A DNA stretch of 64,000 bases from positions 3,328,001 to 3,392,000 of the forward strand of contig OZ242351.1 in assembly GCA_965208675.1 (NCBI GenBank). Reading direction: 5' to 3'. Origin of the DNA: Candidatus Poribacteria bacterium. GTDB lineage: Bacteria > Poribacteria > WGA-4E > PCPOR2b. Below the pieces are notes generated by a model. It was not told the DNA's origin. It worked only from the letters and a program-made list of their open reading frames with translations, and ran no database searches. Of this stretch, positions 1-9,782 are shown in pieces. Every line of letters begins with the position of its first letter. Positions within the stretch are counted from its first letter, which is position 1. Both the position numbers and the translations under genes were made by a program.

Positions 1-306
1 TTTCGGCCGCTTTGGGAAGAGAAGATAGATATAGGCAATGAACTGCTTACCGTACTTCACGAATACAAAGCAGATTATGCTGAAATTTTAAGTCAACCGG
101 TGGATTCGTTGGATGAACTAATGGAAGTGAAAATGCAACTTCATGAAATGAATAATGATCTTGGACAAATGACAACATTCTTTGAAGATGATGAAATTGT
201 ATCAATCATGAATCTTGTGTATGGTGGATATCCCGATGAAGTCCAAGCGTTTCTGAATCGGGTTGCCGACTTCGAGCGTGAATTGGAAGCTTTACACGAT
301 AATTAG
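1..306 (+). CDS. Hypothetical protein, 3' part (gene begins before the window)
   Basis: Frame 1 is open from base 1 (FRPLWEEKIDIGNELL...) through the listed ORF 100..306; acidic, helical composition. Confidence 0.6.
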   Translation, partial: FRPLWEEKIDIGNELLTVLHEYKADYAEILSQPVDSLDELMEVKMQLHEMNNDLGQMTTFFEDDEIVSIMNLVYGGYPDEVQAFLNRVADFERELEALHDN

Positions 307-314
307 TAATCTCT

Positions 315-2144
315 TTGAGGTGTATTACGATGTCGAAGAATTTTAGAGGTTTTTCCCGTCCCCACTCGAATCTAGCGATGAGTCCTAAAAAATTCCAGAA
401 GCCCAAATTCATTATCTTAGGCGGATTGCTGATTGCCGTAGTGTGTCTACCACGCATAATGGGTCTCACATACCACTGGTCTTCTGACGAAACAACATGG
501 TTGAATCGCTCTCATAGTTTTGCGACGGCGTTACAACAGCGTGACTTCGCCGATACGTCCCAATCTTATCACCCCGGCGTGACAACGATGTGGATAGGAG
601 CTTTGGCTATCTGGCGTGATTACGGCAAAACGTTGTCGATTGCTCCCAACTTAGTAACCCAGAGTTTTCTGTCTCCTGAACTGCTAGCTCGGGCTCGCTT
701 ATTGGTAGCACTCATAACAGCCTTGACAATTTTACTTGCGGGACTGCTGCTGCAACGGTTGCTAGGCAACACCATTGCGCTGGTAGGAATTCTGTTCCTG
801 GCCCTGGATCCCTTCTTTCTTGCGGAAAGCCGGCGACTGCATAATGATGCCCTAGCCACCGGTTTTCTAATGCTTACGCTGTTCTGGTGGTTCTGCTATC
901 TTGAAGACGAGCACCCTCGGCGGCGTGACCTCATCTTGTCAGGCATTAGCTTCGGACTGGCATGTCTCTCCAAAAGCCTCGCAGGTGCATTCCTGTTCTT
1001 TCTACCACTATTGCTGATGTGGTATGTCAAACAATGCGCCTTGTCCGCGTTGCGCGTGCTATGGGGAGCTTTATTGTGGGTGGCTATTGCACTGCTAACT
1101 GTCCTTAGCTTGTGGCCATATCTGTGGACGTGGCAATTCGGACACATACCCATGTTTCCTCTGCTATTATCAGGTGCCATTGCCTTAGCCATTTTAGCAT
1201 CACGACAGCACGGGAAAAGTTCAACAGTGAACTGGTCTCTACCTGCGAAAGGAATAGCTATTTTGGCTGGTTTGGGGCTGTTGGTAGTAGGTTCATTTGC
1301 ACTTAATGCATCATCAACGGTGTTAGGACACATGTACAAGGCGTTAACGACACCGCATGAAATTCCTCAACTGTTTTTGGGACGAATCGGTCATGCGCAG
1401 AGTGGACTTTACTATCCGGTTTATTGGTTTGTCTTGGGTGCGCCGCTGACCGTACCATTGATTGTCTTCGCCGGTTGGCAATTATGGCGTCAGCGCCGGG
1501 AACATCCAAAAACATACCGCGTAGGCGTGGCGCTCTTGCTGTTTGGGGTGTTCTATCTGTTGGGACTGACGCTGGTGGCGAAAAAGATCCCTCGCTATCT
1601 TGTCATCAGCTTTCCCCCATGGGACGTGTTAGCAGCCATTGGCACCGTTTCGTTGATACGACTGCTGCGAAATTTCGTCAAGAAACCGATTTTCACTTAC
1701 GCCATGGTGACTTTTACCCTTTTTTTTCAAGCCGCACCCGTCTTGAGCCTACACCCCAACTACCGTGCGTATTACCATCCGTTAATCCCCGCATCATGGA
1801 TTGTGAAAAATATCTCTCAAGGGGGTGGTATGGGATTAGATTTCGCTGCCCAATACCTCAACGGCAAACCCAACGCGGAACAGTTGACTACCTACGTGAC
1901 GCCGCTTGGTGGTTTTCTGGAGTATTATTTTAATGGGCATACCCGCCCAATTGATACCCAAACCACCTTGCTTCAATCCGATTACGTGGTCGTATACATC
2001 CGCGACCAACAGATTGGGTGGGTCCCACAAACCGAACTTTTTCAGAAATTATCCTTAGAGCATGTCGTTCGTGTTAACGGTGTTGAATATGCATGGATCT
2101 ACAGAGCTAATGAATCAATTCACGTCACTGGAGTAAGTCAATGA
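315..2144 (+). CDS. ArnT/PMT-like (GT-C, GT39/GT83-type) membrane glycosyltransferase; true start may be 330 or 378
   Basis: Many TM segments; N-terminal 'SSDETTW' and 'YHPGVTTMW', 'ESRRLHND' and 'LACLSKS' motifs typical of PMT_2-type GTs. Confidence 0.75.
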   Translation: MRCITMSKNFRGFSRPHSNLAMSPKKFQKPKFIILGGLLIAVVCLPRIMGLTYHWSSDETTWLNRSHSFATALQQRDFADTSQSYHPGVTTMWIGALAIWRDYGKTLSIAPNLVTQSFLSPELLARARLLVALITALTILLAGLLLQRLLGNTIALVGILFLALDPFFLAESRRLHNDALATGFLMLTLFWWFCYLEDEHPRRRDLILSGISFGLACLSKSLAGAFLFFLPLLLMWYVKQCALSALRVLWGALLWVAIALLTVLSLWPYLWTWQFGHIPMFPLLLSGAIALAILASRQHGKSSTVNWSLPAKGIAILAGLGLLVVGSFALNASSTVLGHMYKALTTPHEIPQLFLGRIGHAQSGLYYPVYWFVLGAPLTVPLIVFAGWQLWRQRREHPKTYRVGVALLLFGVFYLLGLTLVAKKIPRYLVISFPPWDVLAAIGTVSLIRLLRNFVKKPIFTYAMVTFTLFFQAAPVLSLHPNYRAYYHPLIPASWIVKNISQGGGMGLDFAAQYLNGKPNAEQLTTYVTPLGGFLEYYFNGHTRPIDTQTTLLQSDYVVVYIRDQQIGWVPQTELFQKLSLEHVVRVNGVEYAWIYRANESIHVTGVSQ

Positions 2145-2286
2145 TACTTCAGCCAATCAAATTTTCGCTTATCTTTTAACGTGTGAATATTGTTGACTAG
2201 GTGACGGTTGTCGCGACTTAATCTGATGATGTTGAGTTTCGATACAAAATGATTTGAATACATGCAGGTGTGTCAGGTAAACCCAA

Positions 2287-3309
2287 GTGAAAACACTCCC
2301 GAAAATCTCCATTATCGCGCCCGTCTTTAACGAATCCGCAACCCTTAAGCCGCTCTACCATCAGATTCGAGATGTCATGAAGATAATTGGTTTTCCGTAC
2401 GAAATAATCTTCGTGGACGATGGCAGCACGGATGGTTCGTTCGGCATAATGGAGGAGATTCATCACCTCCATCAAGAATCGGCGCCTACGGCGGCAGCAA
2501 CCCCGAGGCCTTCGGAATTTGATGACACCCCAGTTGCCGCGACGGCTTCCAATATTATTGTCATTCAGTTTCGGCGCAACATGGGCAAGGCGTTAGCTTT
2601 GGCAGCGGGGTTTGCGCGCGCAAAGGGAGATGTTGTCATCACGATTGACGCCGATTTGCAAGACGACCCTAGCGAAATTCCAAACTTGTTGGCGAAAATC
2701 GAGGATGGCTACGATGTTGTATCCGGTTGGAAAATCGATCGTCAGGATTCGTGGTCTAAAGTGCTGCTTTCCCGAATCTTTAATCGAGTGGTCTGTTGGT
2801 GCACGCGTCTGAATCTTCACGACATCAACTGTGGGTTCAAAGCCTATAAATGCGAGGTGATTCAGGAGCTCTTGGTGTACGGAGATCGTCACCGATACCT
2901 GCCGATTTTAGCTCACCAAAACGGTTTTCGAGTCACGGAAGTTCCCGTGAAGCATCAGCCTCGCCAAAACGGCAAATCGAAATATGGCTTTGAACGCATC
3001 CCCCGCGGCTTTTTGGATTTGTTGACTATCCTGTTTCTCAATCAATACTTGAAACGCCCGCTCCACTTCTTTGGGGTACTGGGTTTCTTATGCGTCATCA
3101 GCGGCACAGGAATTAACATTTACCTTGCCGTATTGTGGTTTGTTCATGGGGGCATCGGATTTCGTCCCCTGCTCATGTTGGGCATTCTGCTAATGATTTT
3201 GGGGATGCAATTTTTCTCAATCGGCTTTTTGGGCGAGATGCTAACCAACTCCTTTGAGCGTCTAGATTGCCGCCACCCTATCAAAAGGGTGTTAGAAGGA
3301 CTGAAATAG
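2287..3309 (+). CDS. GT2 polyprenol-phosphate glycosyltransferase (ArnC/DPM1-like)
   Basis: 'ISIIAPVFNE', 'VDDGSTD', 'DADLQDDP', 'HDINCGFKAY', two C-terminal TM helices. Confidence 0.9.
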   Translation: MKTLPKISIIAPVFNESATLKPLYHQIRDVMKIIGFPYEIIFVDDGSTDGSFGIMEEIHHLHQESAPTAAATPRPSEFDDTPVAATASNIIVIQFRRNMGKALALAAGFARAKGDVVITIDADLQDDPSEIPNLLAKIEDGYDVVSGWKIDRQDSWSKVLLSRIFNRVVCWCTRLNLHDINCGFKAYKCEVIQELLVYGDRHRYLPILAHQNGFRVTEVPVKHQPRQNGKSKYGFERIPRGFLDLLTILFLNQYLKRPLHFFGVLGFLCVISGTGINIYLAVLWFVHGGIGFRPLLMLGILLMILGMQFFSIGFLGEMLTNSFERLDCRHPIKRVLEGLK

Positions 3310-3318
3310 GGTGAAAAT

Positions 3319-4293
3319 GTGATCTCCATCATTATCCCGACTTATAATCGAAAAGATGAACTGGGAGACTTACTCACCTCGCTCAGACAGCAGGAGTGTT
3401 CTAGTTCCATTGAGATTATCGTTGTCGATGATGGCTCGGCGGATGGGACACGCGAACTACTAAAAAACCTAGCCGAAGACTGGAAGGGGAGGTTGCGGTT
3501 TCTTAAGCAAAATCGTGCTGGTCCGGGAGCTGCGCGGAATCTGGGAATTAATCACGCTCACGGCGATATTTTAGTCTTCGTTGATTCAGATTGTATTGCG
3601 CCTCGCGGGTGGCTGAACAATCTGACCTCGGTTTTCGACAACCCGAAAGTTGGGGCGGCCGGCGGCCCTGAGATGGCGCCAGTCGATGATTGTTTGCTTC
3701 GAAAGTGCCAGAGTTACGTGATGACGGCTTTTCTCACTACCGGCGGACTGCGGGGTGGAAAGGGAAAGAAACTTGGAGTTTATTATCCGCGGAGTTTCAA
3801 TATGGCTGTCCGAAAGCGCGCCGTCGAAGCGGTTGGGGGGTTTCCCAATCGGTTCTATGGAGAGGACATTCTCGTCGGTTTCAAAGTGGAACACATGGGT
3901 TACACGCTCAAGTATGTTCCGGACGCAGAAGTTTATCATCGCCGACGAGGGACACTGAGCCAATACTTCAGGCAACTGTACCGAATGGGAAAGGCGAGAA
4001 TCGAAATGGCTTATCTGCATAAGTCCTTGTTGGAACCGGTATACACGGTGCCTGCGCTTGTGCTCCTGCTTTGCATCATACTGGGCTGCGGCGCTATTTT
4101 CTCTGAAACGCTTTTTAAGATTGCTTTTGGGTGCATGATAATGGCCTTGCTGTTTCTGACTACCATCGGTATCCACAGCACAATCCGTCTGAAAACGCTC
4201 AAGGCTTTTGGGATTGTGCCCTTTCTGTTTATCATACAACAGACAGCATATGGGTTTGGAACTATCGTCGCTGCATTAAGGAGACAAGCATGA
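3319..4293 (+). CDS. GT2 family glycosyltransferase
   Basis: 'ISIIIPTYNR', 'VVDDGS', 'GPGAARNLG', 'FVDSD', 'GED', C-terminal TM helices. Confidence 0.9.
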   Translation: MISIIIPTYNRKDELGDLLTSLRQQECSSSIEIIVVDDGSADGTRELLKNLAEDWKGRLRFLKQNRAGPGAARNLGINHAHGDILVFVDSDCIAPRGWLNNLTSVFDNPKVGAAGGPEMAPVDDCLLRKCQSYVMTAFLTTGGLRGGKGKKLGVYYPRSFNMAVRKRAVEAVGGFPNRFYGEDILVGFKVEHMGYTLKYVPDAEVYHRRRGTLSQYFRQLYRMGKARIEMAYLHKSLLEPVYTVPALVLLLCIILGCGAIFSETLFKIAFGCMIMALLFLTTIGIHSTIRLKTLKAFGIVPFLFIIQQTAYGFGTIVAALRRQA

Positions 4294-5222
4294 AGGACCA
4301 CGCTTTTCCAGCGGGAAACATGAAAAGCCCTGATAGGTTGGAGGGTGGAACCCGCCTTGGCACCCATTTCGATAGAAAACTGAACACTGGCGATCCGCTT
4401 GTAAGCGTCATTACGATCTGCCTCAACGCCGAGAAGACCATTGAGCAAACCATCCAATCGGTCATTAACCAGACCTACAATAGCATCGAATATCTTATTA
4501 TCGACGGTGGCTCAACGGATAGCACCTTGGATATAATTAGAAAATACGATAACCAGATAGACTATTGGGTGAGTGAACCCGACGGTGGGACTTCTGATGC
4601 CATAAACAAGGGAATACAGTTGAGTTGCGGCGCGCTTATTGGCATCTTATGTGCCGATGACTTCTATGAACAAGATGCGGTGGAAACTATAATCGGAAAT
4701 TATTCTGCCGCTCCACCGAAAATCTATCACGGGGATATGACGCGGATTGATGTCGATACAGGCGAAAAAACCTTCCTACTAAAGCCGCCCGAAAACCCAA
4801 GAAAGTTATTCCAGGGCTGTTCGGTAAATGTACTCGCCGCTTTTGTAGATCGGCGAATTTACGAAACACATGGTCTGTTTAACAACGACTATAAAATTGC
4901 AAACGACCACGAATTTTTGCTGCGTGCATTTTCAGCGGGTGTGGAGTTCAAATACATCCCAAGGAATATTACCTTCATGCGTGAAGGTGGGCGGAGTCAT
5001 GAGCATTATATCCGGGCATGTCGGGAATCTTTTAACGTGTCCGTCAAGTACGGTTACCCTGTACCAAAGGCGTTCTTTGTATTTCTCATTACCGTGCTGA
5101 AAAAGGCAGTCGAACGTGGAATTGCGAAGTGGTGTCCCTTCTTGCTAAAACCGTACTGTAGTTTTAAGTTCTTGTCACTAAAGAGTAGCACGTGGCATGA
5201 TGGTCAACAGGAAGATTTTTGA
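4290..5222 (+). CDS. GT2 family glycosyltransferase (WcaE/WfgS-like)
   Basis: 'VSVITICLNAEKTIEQTIQSV', 'IDGGSTD', 'SEPDGG..DAINKG'; ATG at 4290 overlaps the upstream stop (ATGA). Confidence 0.88.
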   Translation: MKDHAFPAGNMKSPDRLEGGTRLGTHFDRKLNTGDPLVSVITICLNAEKTIEQTIQSVINQTYNSIEYLIIDGGSTDSTLDIIRKYDNQIDYWVSEPDGGTSDAINKGIQLSCGALIGILCADDFYEQDAVETIIGNYSAAPPKIYHGDMTRIDVDTGEKTFLLKPPENPRKLFQGCSVNVLAAFVDRRIYETHGLFNNDYKIANDHEFLLRAFSAGVEFKYIPRNITFMREGGRSHEHYIRACRESFNVSVKYGYPVPKAFFVFLITVLKKAVERGIAKWCPFLLKPYCSFKFLSLKSSTWHDGQQEDF

Positions 5223-5279
5223 AAGGTCTCTACCTTATTACTGAAAAAACCACAGTTTATTATTGAGAGATGGAACGCG

Positions 5280-6227
5280 ATGAGTTTTTGGCAGGATAAG
5301 CGAATTTTAGTAACAGGAGGCGCAGGATTTCTGGGTTCTCACGTCGTTGAGAAGCTAGATCAGCGCGGCGTTGCCTCCGACGCGATTGTTGTGCCTCGAC
5401 GGGCGACTCAAGATTTGCGTCGCTGGGATGTTTGCCTAGCGGTGACTGCAGGCACGGATGTTGTGCTTCACGTCGCGGGACATGTGGGCGGGATTGGATA
5501 CAATATTGCGTACCCCGCTGAGTTGTTCTATGACAATTTGATGATGGGTGTCCAACTGATGGACGCCGCACGGCGCAATGGGGTGCAAAAGTTTGTCACG
5601 GTTGGCGCTGCATGCGAATATCCCAAGCACACCCCCGTGCCATTTCTCGAAGCAGATTTGTGGAACGGCTATCCCGATGAGACCAACGCCCCTTATGCGA
5701 TTGCCAAGAAAGCGCTGTTGGTAGGCGGACAAGCCTATCGTCAACAATACGACCTCAACACAATCTATCTTATACCCGTCAATCTCTACGGTCCTCGAGA
5801 CAACTTTGACACAGAAGGGTCACACGTGGTTCCGGCGTTCATCCGGAAGTCACTGGAAGCGAAAGAGAGACGAGATGAACAAATGGTGGTCTGGGGCGAC
5901 GGCTCCGCGAGGCGGGAATTTTTGTACGTCGAAGATGCAGCAGAGGGGATTGTGTTGGCTACTGAGCATTACAACGGGAGCAATCCGGTAAACTTGGGGG
6001 GTACCATTGAAATCAGCATCAAGGAACTACTTGGGATTGTCACGCGTCTCACCGGTTTTGAGGGAAAGGTTGTATGGGATACCACAAAGCCTAACGGTCA
6101 ACCGCGCCGCAAGTTGGATACAAGCCGCGCGAAACGGGAGTTTGGGTTTCAGGCACAGACCTCGTTTGAAGAAGGGTTACAGCGGACAATCGATTGGTAT
6201 ATTAATCATAAGGACTTACGCAGTTGA
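5280..6227 (+). CDS. fcl: GDP-L-fucose synthase family epimerase/reductase (Fcl/WcaG/ColC-like)
   Basis: 'VTGGAGFLG', 'VGGIGYN', 'YAIAK', 'PVNLYGPRDNF', 'SHVVPA', 'WGDGS..REFLYVED', 'KPNGQPRR'. Confidence 0.88.
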   Translation: MSFWQDKRILVTGGAGFLGSHVVEKLDQRGVASDAIVVPRRATQDLRRWDVCLAVTAGTDVVLHVAGHVGGIGYNIAYPAELFYDNLMMGVQLMDAARRNGVQKFVTVGAACEYPKHTPVPFLEADLWNGYPDETNAPYAIAKKALLVGGQAYRQQYDLNTIYLIPVNLYGPRDNFDTEGSHVVPAFIRKSLEAKERRDEQMVVWGDGSARREFLYVEDAAEGIVLATEHYNGSNPVNLGGTIEISIKELLGIVTRLTGFEGKVVWDTTKPNGQPRRKLDTSRAKREFGFQAQTSFEEGLQRTIDWYINHKDLRS

Positions 6228-6357
6228 ACGTCCAAAGGTTCGTAGTAGGGCAATTTATTGCCCGTTTCTACATAAAACAATATGTCAGGTCAAGGAAGTG
6301 AACGACCTGCCGGACGCGCAATAAATTGCGCTACTACAAGCTGATCTGCGTAAGTCC
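6212..6357. repeat. Nested inverted-repeat element (REPIN/MITE-like)
   Basis: Outer arms GGACTTACGCAG (6212) and CTGCGTAAGTCC (6346-6357); inner arms GTAGTAGGGCAATTTATTGCCC and GCGCAATAAATTGCGCTACTAC. Confidence 0.75.
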
Positions 6358-6443
6358 GAAATTATTTTGAAATTTCACAATCTTGAAGTCTTTAGAAATT
6401 CTGGCCCGCTTACATTTTTGGACATTGAACAGGAAGGTGATAA

Positions 6444-7379
6444 ATGACACACGTTCTGGTAACTGGCGGAGCCGGCTACATCGGCGCGATTCTTTGCGAG
6501 CACCTTCTATCTGAAGGCTTCAGCGTGACTGTCCTCGACAACTTGGTGTACCGTCAGGGCAGCCTCTTCCACCTCTGCGCCCATCCAGCCTTTGATTTCG
6601 TCAAGGGCGATGCCCGCGATGAAGAACTCATACGCCATCTTGTGAAGGATGTTGATGTGCTCATTCCACTTACAGCGGTCGTCGGTGCTCCTGCCTGCGA
6701 CCGCGATCCATGGCTGGCAAAATCGGTGAATCTGGAATCGGTACGGTTGCTTAATCGACTGAGATCACCGCAGCAGTTGGTTATCTTTCCTACAACGAAC
6801 AGCGGTTACGGGGCGCAGTCCGGGGAGACATATTGTACAGAAGACACACCGCTGCAGCCGATCTCGTTCTACGGTCAGACGAAGGCGCAGGCGGAGGCGG
6901 AGATACTAGATAGCCCGAACAGCATAACCTTGCGTCTCGCAACGGTGTTCGGTATGTCGCCCCGTATGCGTCTAGACTTGCTGGTGAACCATTTCGTCTA
7001 TGCAGCGGTCTCTGACGGATATATCGTCATCTTTGAGAAGGATTTCAAGCGCAACTACCTCCACGTCCGCGACGCGGCGGATTGTTTCGTTTACTGCATT
7101 GAGAATGCGGGGCGGATGAATGGCCGCCCTTACAACGTCGGATTGGACGATGCTAATCTTTCAAAGATGGAACTGGCGTTGAAGATTAAGGAACACGTAC
7201 CCAATTTCTACCTACACTTCTCCGAAATTGGCAGCGACCCGGACAAGCGCAACTACATCGTTTCCAATCAGCGGTTGCGGGAAGCTGGATTTGAGGCGAA
7301 GCGTTCACTGGACGATGGGATAAAAGAGTTGCTGAAAGGGTATCGAATGTTGGGACGGGCGCCATTCAAGAATGCCTGA
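6444..7379 (+). CDS. NAD-dependent nucleotide-sugar epimerase/dehydratase (extended SDR)
   Basis: 'VTGGAGYIG', YxxxK ('YGQTK'), 'RLATVFGMSPRMRLDLLVN'. Confidence 0.9.
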   Translation: MTHVLVTGGAGYIGAILCEHLLSEGFSVTVLDNLVYRQGSLFHLCAHPAFDFVKGDARDEELIRHLVKDVDVLIPLTAVVGAPACDRDPWLAKSVNLESVRLLNRLRSPQQLVIFPTTNSGYGAQSGETYCTEDTPLQPISFYGQTKAQAEAEILDSPNSITLRLATVFGMSPRMRLDLLVNHFVYAAVSDGYIVIFEKDFKRNYLHVRDAADCFVYCIENAGRMNGRPYNVGLDDANLSKMELALKIKEHVPNFYLHFSEIGSDPDKRNYIVSNQRLREAGFEAKRSLDDGIKELLKGYRMLGRAPFKNA

Positions 7380-7482
7380 GAGGGAGAGATTCCCCCCTTA
7401 TCAGGCTTACTATTACCCACAAGTCCAGAAATTCGCACGGAGCCACGCTGTGGGAGGGAGATCCTTCTCCCGATTATCGAGA

Positions 7483-7617
7483 ATCAAGCGACCGAATAGG
7501 GAGCGCGATAGTTTTAAATGCCTCTCCCACAGTAAGGACGCCTTGTTGGTTCTATCATAATCATTCCCCTCCTTACCAAGGAGGATCAACTGACCGAATA
7601 GGGAAGGCGATAGTTTT
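7483..7617 (+). repeat. Two copies of the dispersed ~32-bp repeat (GATCAACCGACCGAATAGGGAGGGCGATAGT consensus)
   Basis: ATCAAGCGACCGAATAGGGAGCGCGATAGTTTT at 7483 and GATCAACTGACCGAATAGGGAAGGCGATAGTTTT at 7584. Confidence 0.8.
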
Positions 7618-7635
7618 TATAATTCTTCCTAGTTC

Positions 7636-7674
7636 TTGTAGGTTGGATTGAGCATCCTCTCGAAACCCAACCTT
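7636..7674 (+). repeat. GTAG-type REP palindrome
   Basis: TTGTAGGTTGGATTGAGC...GAAACCCAACC; same family as the REP arms at 56902 and 61222. Confidence 0.6.
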
Positions 7675-7727
7675 CGCGGATTCTTAAGAATGTCTAAAAG
7701 AAACGAGAATTAAGGGACGGACAGCAA

Positions 7728-8801
7728 ATGATTATCAGCAGAACCCCATTTCGCATCTCTTTTTTCGGCGGTGGGACGGACTATCCGGCATGGTACCTGC
7801 AACACGGCGGGGCGGTGCTCGCCACCACAATTGACAAATACTGTTATCTGACGTGTCGATACCTCCCTCCGTTCTTCGAGCACCGTATCCGAATCGTTTA
7901 CTCCCAGATAGAGAGATGCCAGATTTTGGACGAGATTCGCCACCCCGCTGTTCGTGAAGACTTGCGGCATGTAAATCTTAATCGCGGGGTGGAGATTCAT
8001 CATGATGGAGACCTGCCCGCGCGAAGCGGGATGGGGTCGAGTTCCGCGTTCACGGTTGGGCTTTTGTACGCGCTATATGCCCTCAAGGGTCAGATGCCAA
8101 ACAAGATGCAACTGGCGAAAGAGAGCATCTACATAGAACAGGAACAACTCAAAGAAGCGGTTGGCTCTCAGGATCAGGTGCTCGCTGCTTACGGAGGATT
8201 CAACCACATCTCTTTTTATCAAAATGGTGATTTTTCTATCGTGCCAATGACTGTCCCTCCGGAGCGTATACGGGAATTAAATTCCCATCTGATGCTGTTT
8301 TACACCGGCATCAAGCGGACGGCTTCGGATATCGCCCACAGCTACGATATGGCGGGGAAACGGAAGCAGCTTCGCATTATGATGGATTTGGTCGAGGAAG
8401 GGCTTTTAATTCTGAACAGCGGGTCGGACATTACCGCCTTTGGGAGATTACTCCACGAAGCCTGGCGCGCCAAACGTACGTTGAGTCCGAAGGTCTCCAA
8501 TTCCTGCGTGGATGAGATTTACAATCGGGCACTGACGGCGGGCGCTATCGGCGGGAAGCTGACGGGCGCTGGCGGCGGTGGTTTCATGCTGCTTTTTGTG
8601 CCGCCCGACAGACAAGAAAAAGTGAAGGCGTCGTTCAATACGCTCATTCATGTCCCATTTCAGTTTGAAACTTCGGGCAGCCAAATCATTTTTTACGATC
8701 CCGAAGTAGACTATCGTGCGGAAGAAGAGTCACGAAAAACCCAGCCTGTGCAGGCGTTCTATGAAAACCCGTTACTCCATACAGTGGACACTAACATGTG
8801 A
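7728..8801 (+). CDS. GHMP sugar kinase, D-glycero-D-manno-heptose-7-phosphate kinase (HddA)-like
   Basis: 'RTPFRISFFGGGTD', 'LPARSGMGSSS', 'GSQDQ', 'GGKLTGAGGGGF'. Confidence 0.85.
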   Translation: MIISRTPFRISFFGGGTDYPAWYLQHGGAVLATTIDKYCYLTCRYLPPFFEHRIRIVYSQIERCQILDEIRHPAVREDLRHVNLNRGVEIHHDGDLPARSGMGSSSAFTVGLLYALYALKGQMPNKMQLAKESIYIEQEQLKEAVGSQDQVLAAYGGFNHISFYQNGDFSIVPMTVPPERIRELNSHLMLFYTGIKRTASDIAHSYDMAGKRKQLRIMMDLVEEGLLILNSGSDITAFGRLLHEAWRAKRTLSPKVSNSCVDEIYNRALTAGAIGGKLTGAGGGGFMLLFVPPDRQEKVKASFNTLIHVPFQFETSGSQIIFYDPEVDYRAEEESRKTQPVQAFYENPLLHTVDTNM

Positions 8802-9781
8802 GTTGCATTGTTACGTTTACCTCAAAAGGGAAGTTATTGATGCACGATAAGTTCTATAGAGCTTTATACCGCATCCGACGAACGGAAGAAGAGATAGCCA
8901 AGGTTTACCCCACCGACAATATCAAGAGTCCCGTTCACCTTTCAATCGGTCAAGAGGCGATATCTGTCGGGGTTTGCGAGGCGCTGCAACCGAGCGACGT
9001 TGTTTTCGGCACTTACAGGAGCCATGCGCTCTACTTGGCGAAGAGCGGCGATTTAAAAAAAATGATTGCCGAATTGTACGGCAAGGTTACGGGCTGTACT
9101 AGGGGGAAAGGGGGTTCGATGCACCTAATTGACACCGCCGCCGGGGTCATGGGCACCTCCGCCGTTGTGGGAACGACCATCCCGCTGGCAGTCGGCTACG
9201 CCTATGCCTTGAAGTTGAATGGAAAAAACGCTATAGTGGTCAGCTTTTTGGGTGATGGCGCGGTCGAAGAAGGGGTTTTCCATGAGAGTCTGAATTTTGC
9301 AGCCCTCAAGAGCGTACCTATCCTTTTTATCTGCGAAAACAACGGCTACGCCATCCAGTCGCATCAATCCAAACGCCAGTCGATGGATAACATCTGCGAG
9401 CGTGCGCGCGTTCATGGGATGCCAGCGGAGCGAATTGAAGATAATGACATCTTCAAGATATACGAACGAGTGAAGCGCGCAAGCAATGAGATACGAAATG
9501 GGAGGCAAGGTCCCAGATTCTTCGAGTGTTTGACATATCGGTGGAGGGAACACGTGGGTCCCAATGAAGACTTCGATGCAGGCTACCGTTCCAAAAGCGA
9601 GGCGCGGCCCTGGTTTGAAAGTGACCCGCTCAAAACCATCGGCGCCAGATTGAATCCCGTGCGGCGCGGACAAATTGAAGCGGATGTGGAAGCGGAAATC
9701 AATGAAGCATTTGAGTTTGCTGAAGACAGTCCGTTTCCCGATGAAGACGAACTCTACACCGATGTGTTCACGGAGGTTTAG
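8798..9781 (+). CDS. TPP-dependent dehydrogenase E1 alpha-like subunit (alternative start 8840)
   Basis: 'HLSIGQEA', 'YRSH', 'GKGGSMH', TPP motif 'GDGA...ENN', 'TYRWREHVG'. Confidence 0.9.
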   Translation: MSCIVTFTSKGKLLMHDKFYRALYRIRRTEEEIAKVYPTDNIKSPVHLSIGQEAISVGVCEALQPSDVVFGTYRSHALYLAKSGDLKKMIAELYGKVTGCTRGKGGSMHLIDTAAGVMGTSAVVGTTIPLAVGYAYALKLNGKNAIVVSFLGDGAVEEGVFHESLNFAALKSVPILFICENNGYAIQSHQSKRQSMDNICERARVHGMPAERIEDNDIFKIYERVKRASNEIRNGRQGPRFFECLTYRWREHVGPNEDFDAGYRSKSEARPWFESDPLKTIGARLNPVRRGQIEADVEAEINEAFEFAEDSPFPDEDELYTDVFTEV

Positions 9782-9782
9782 C

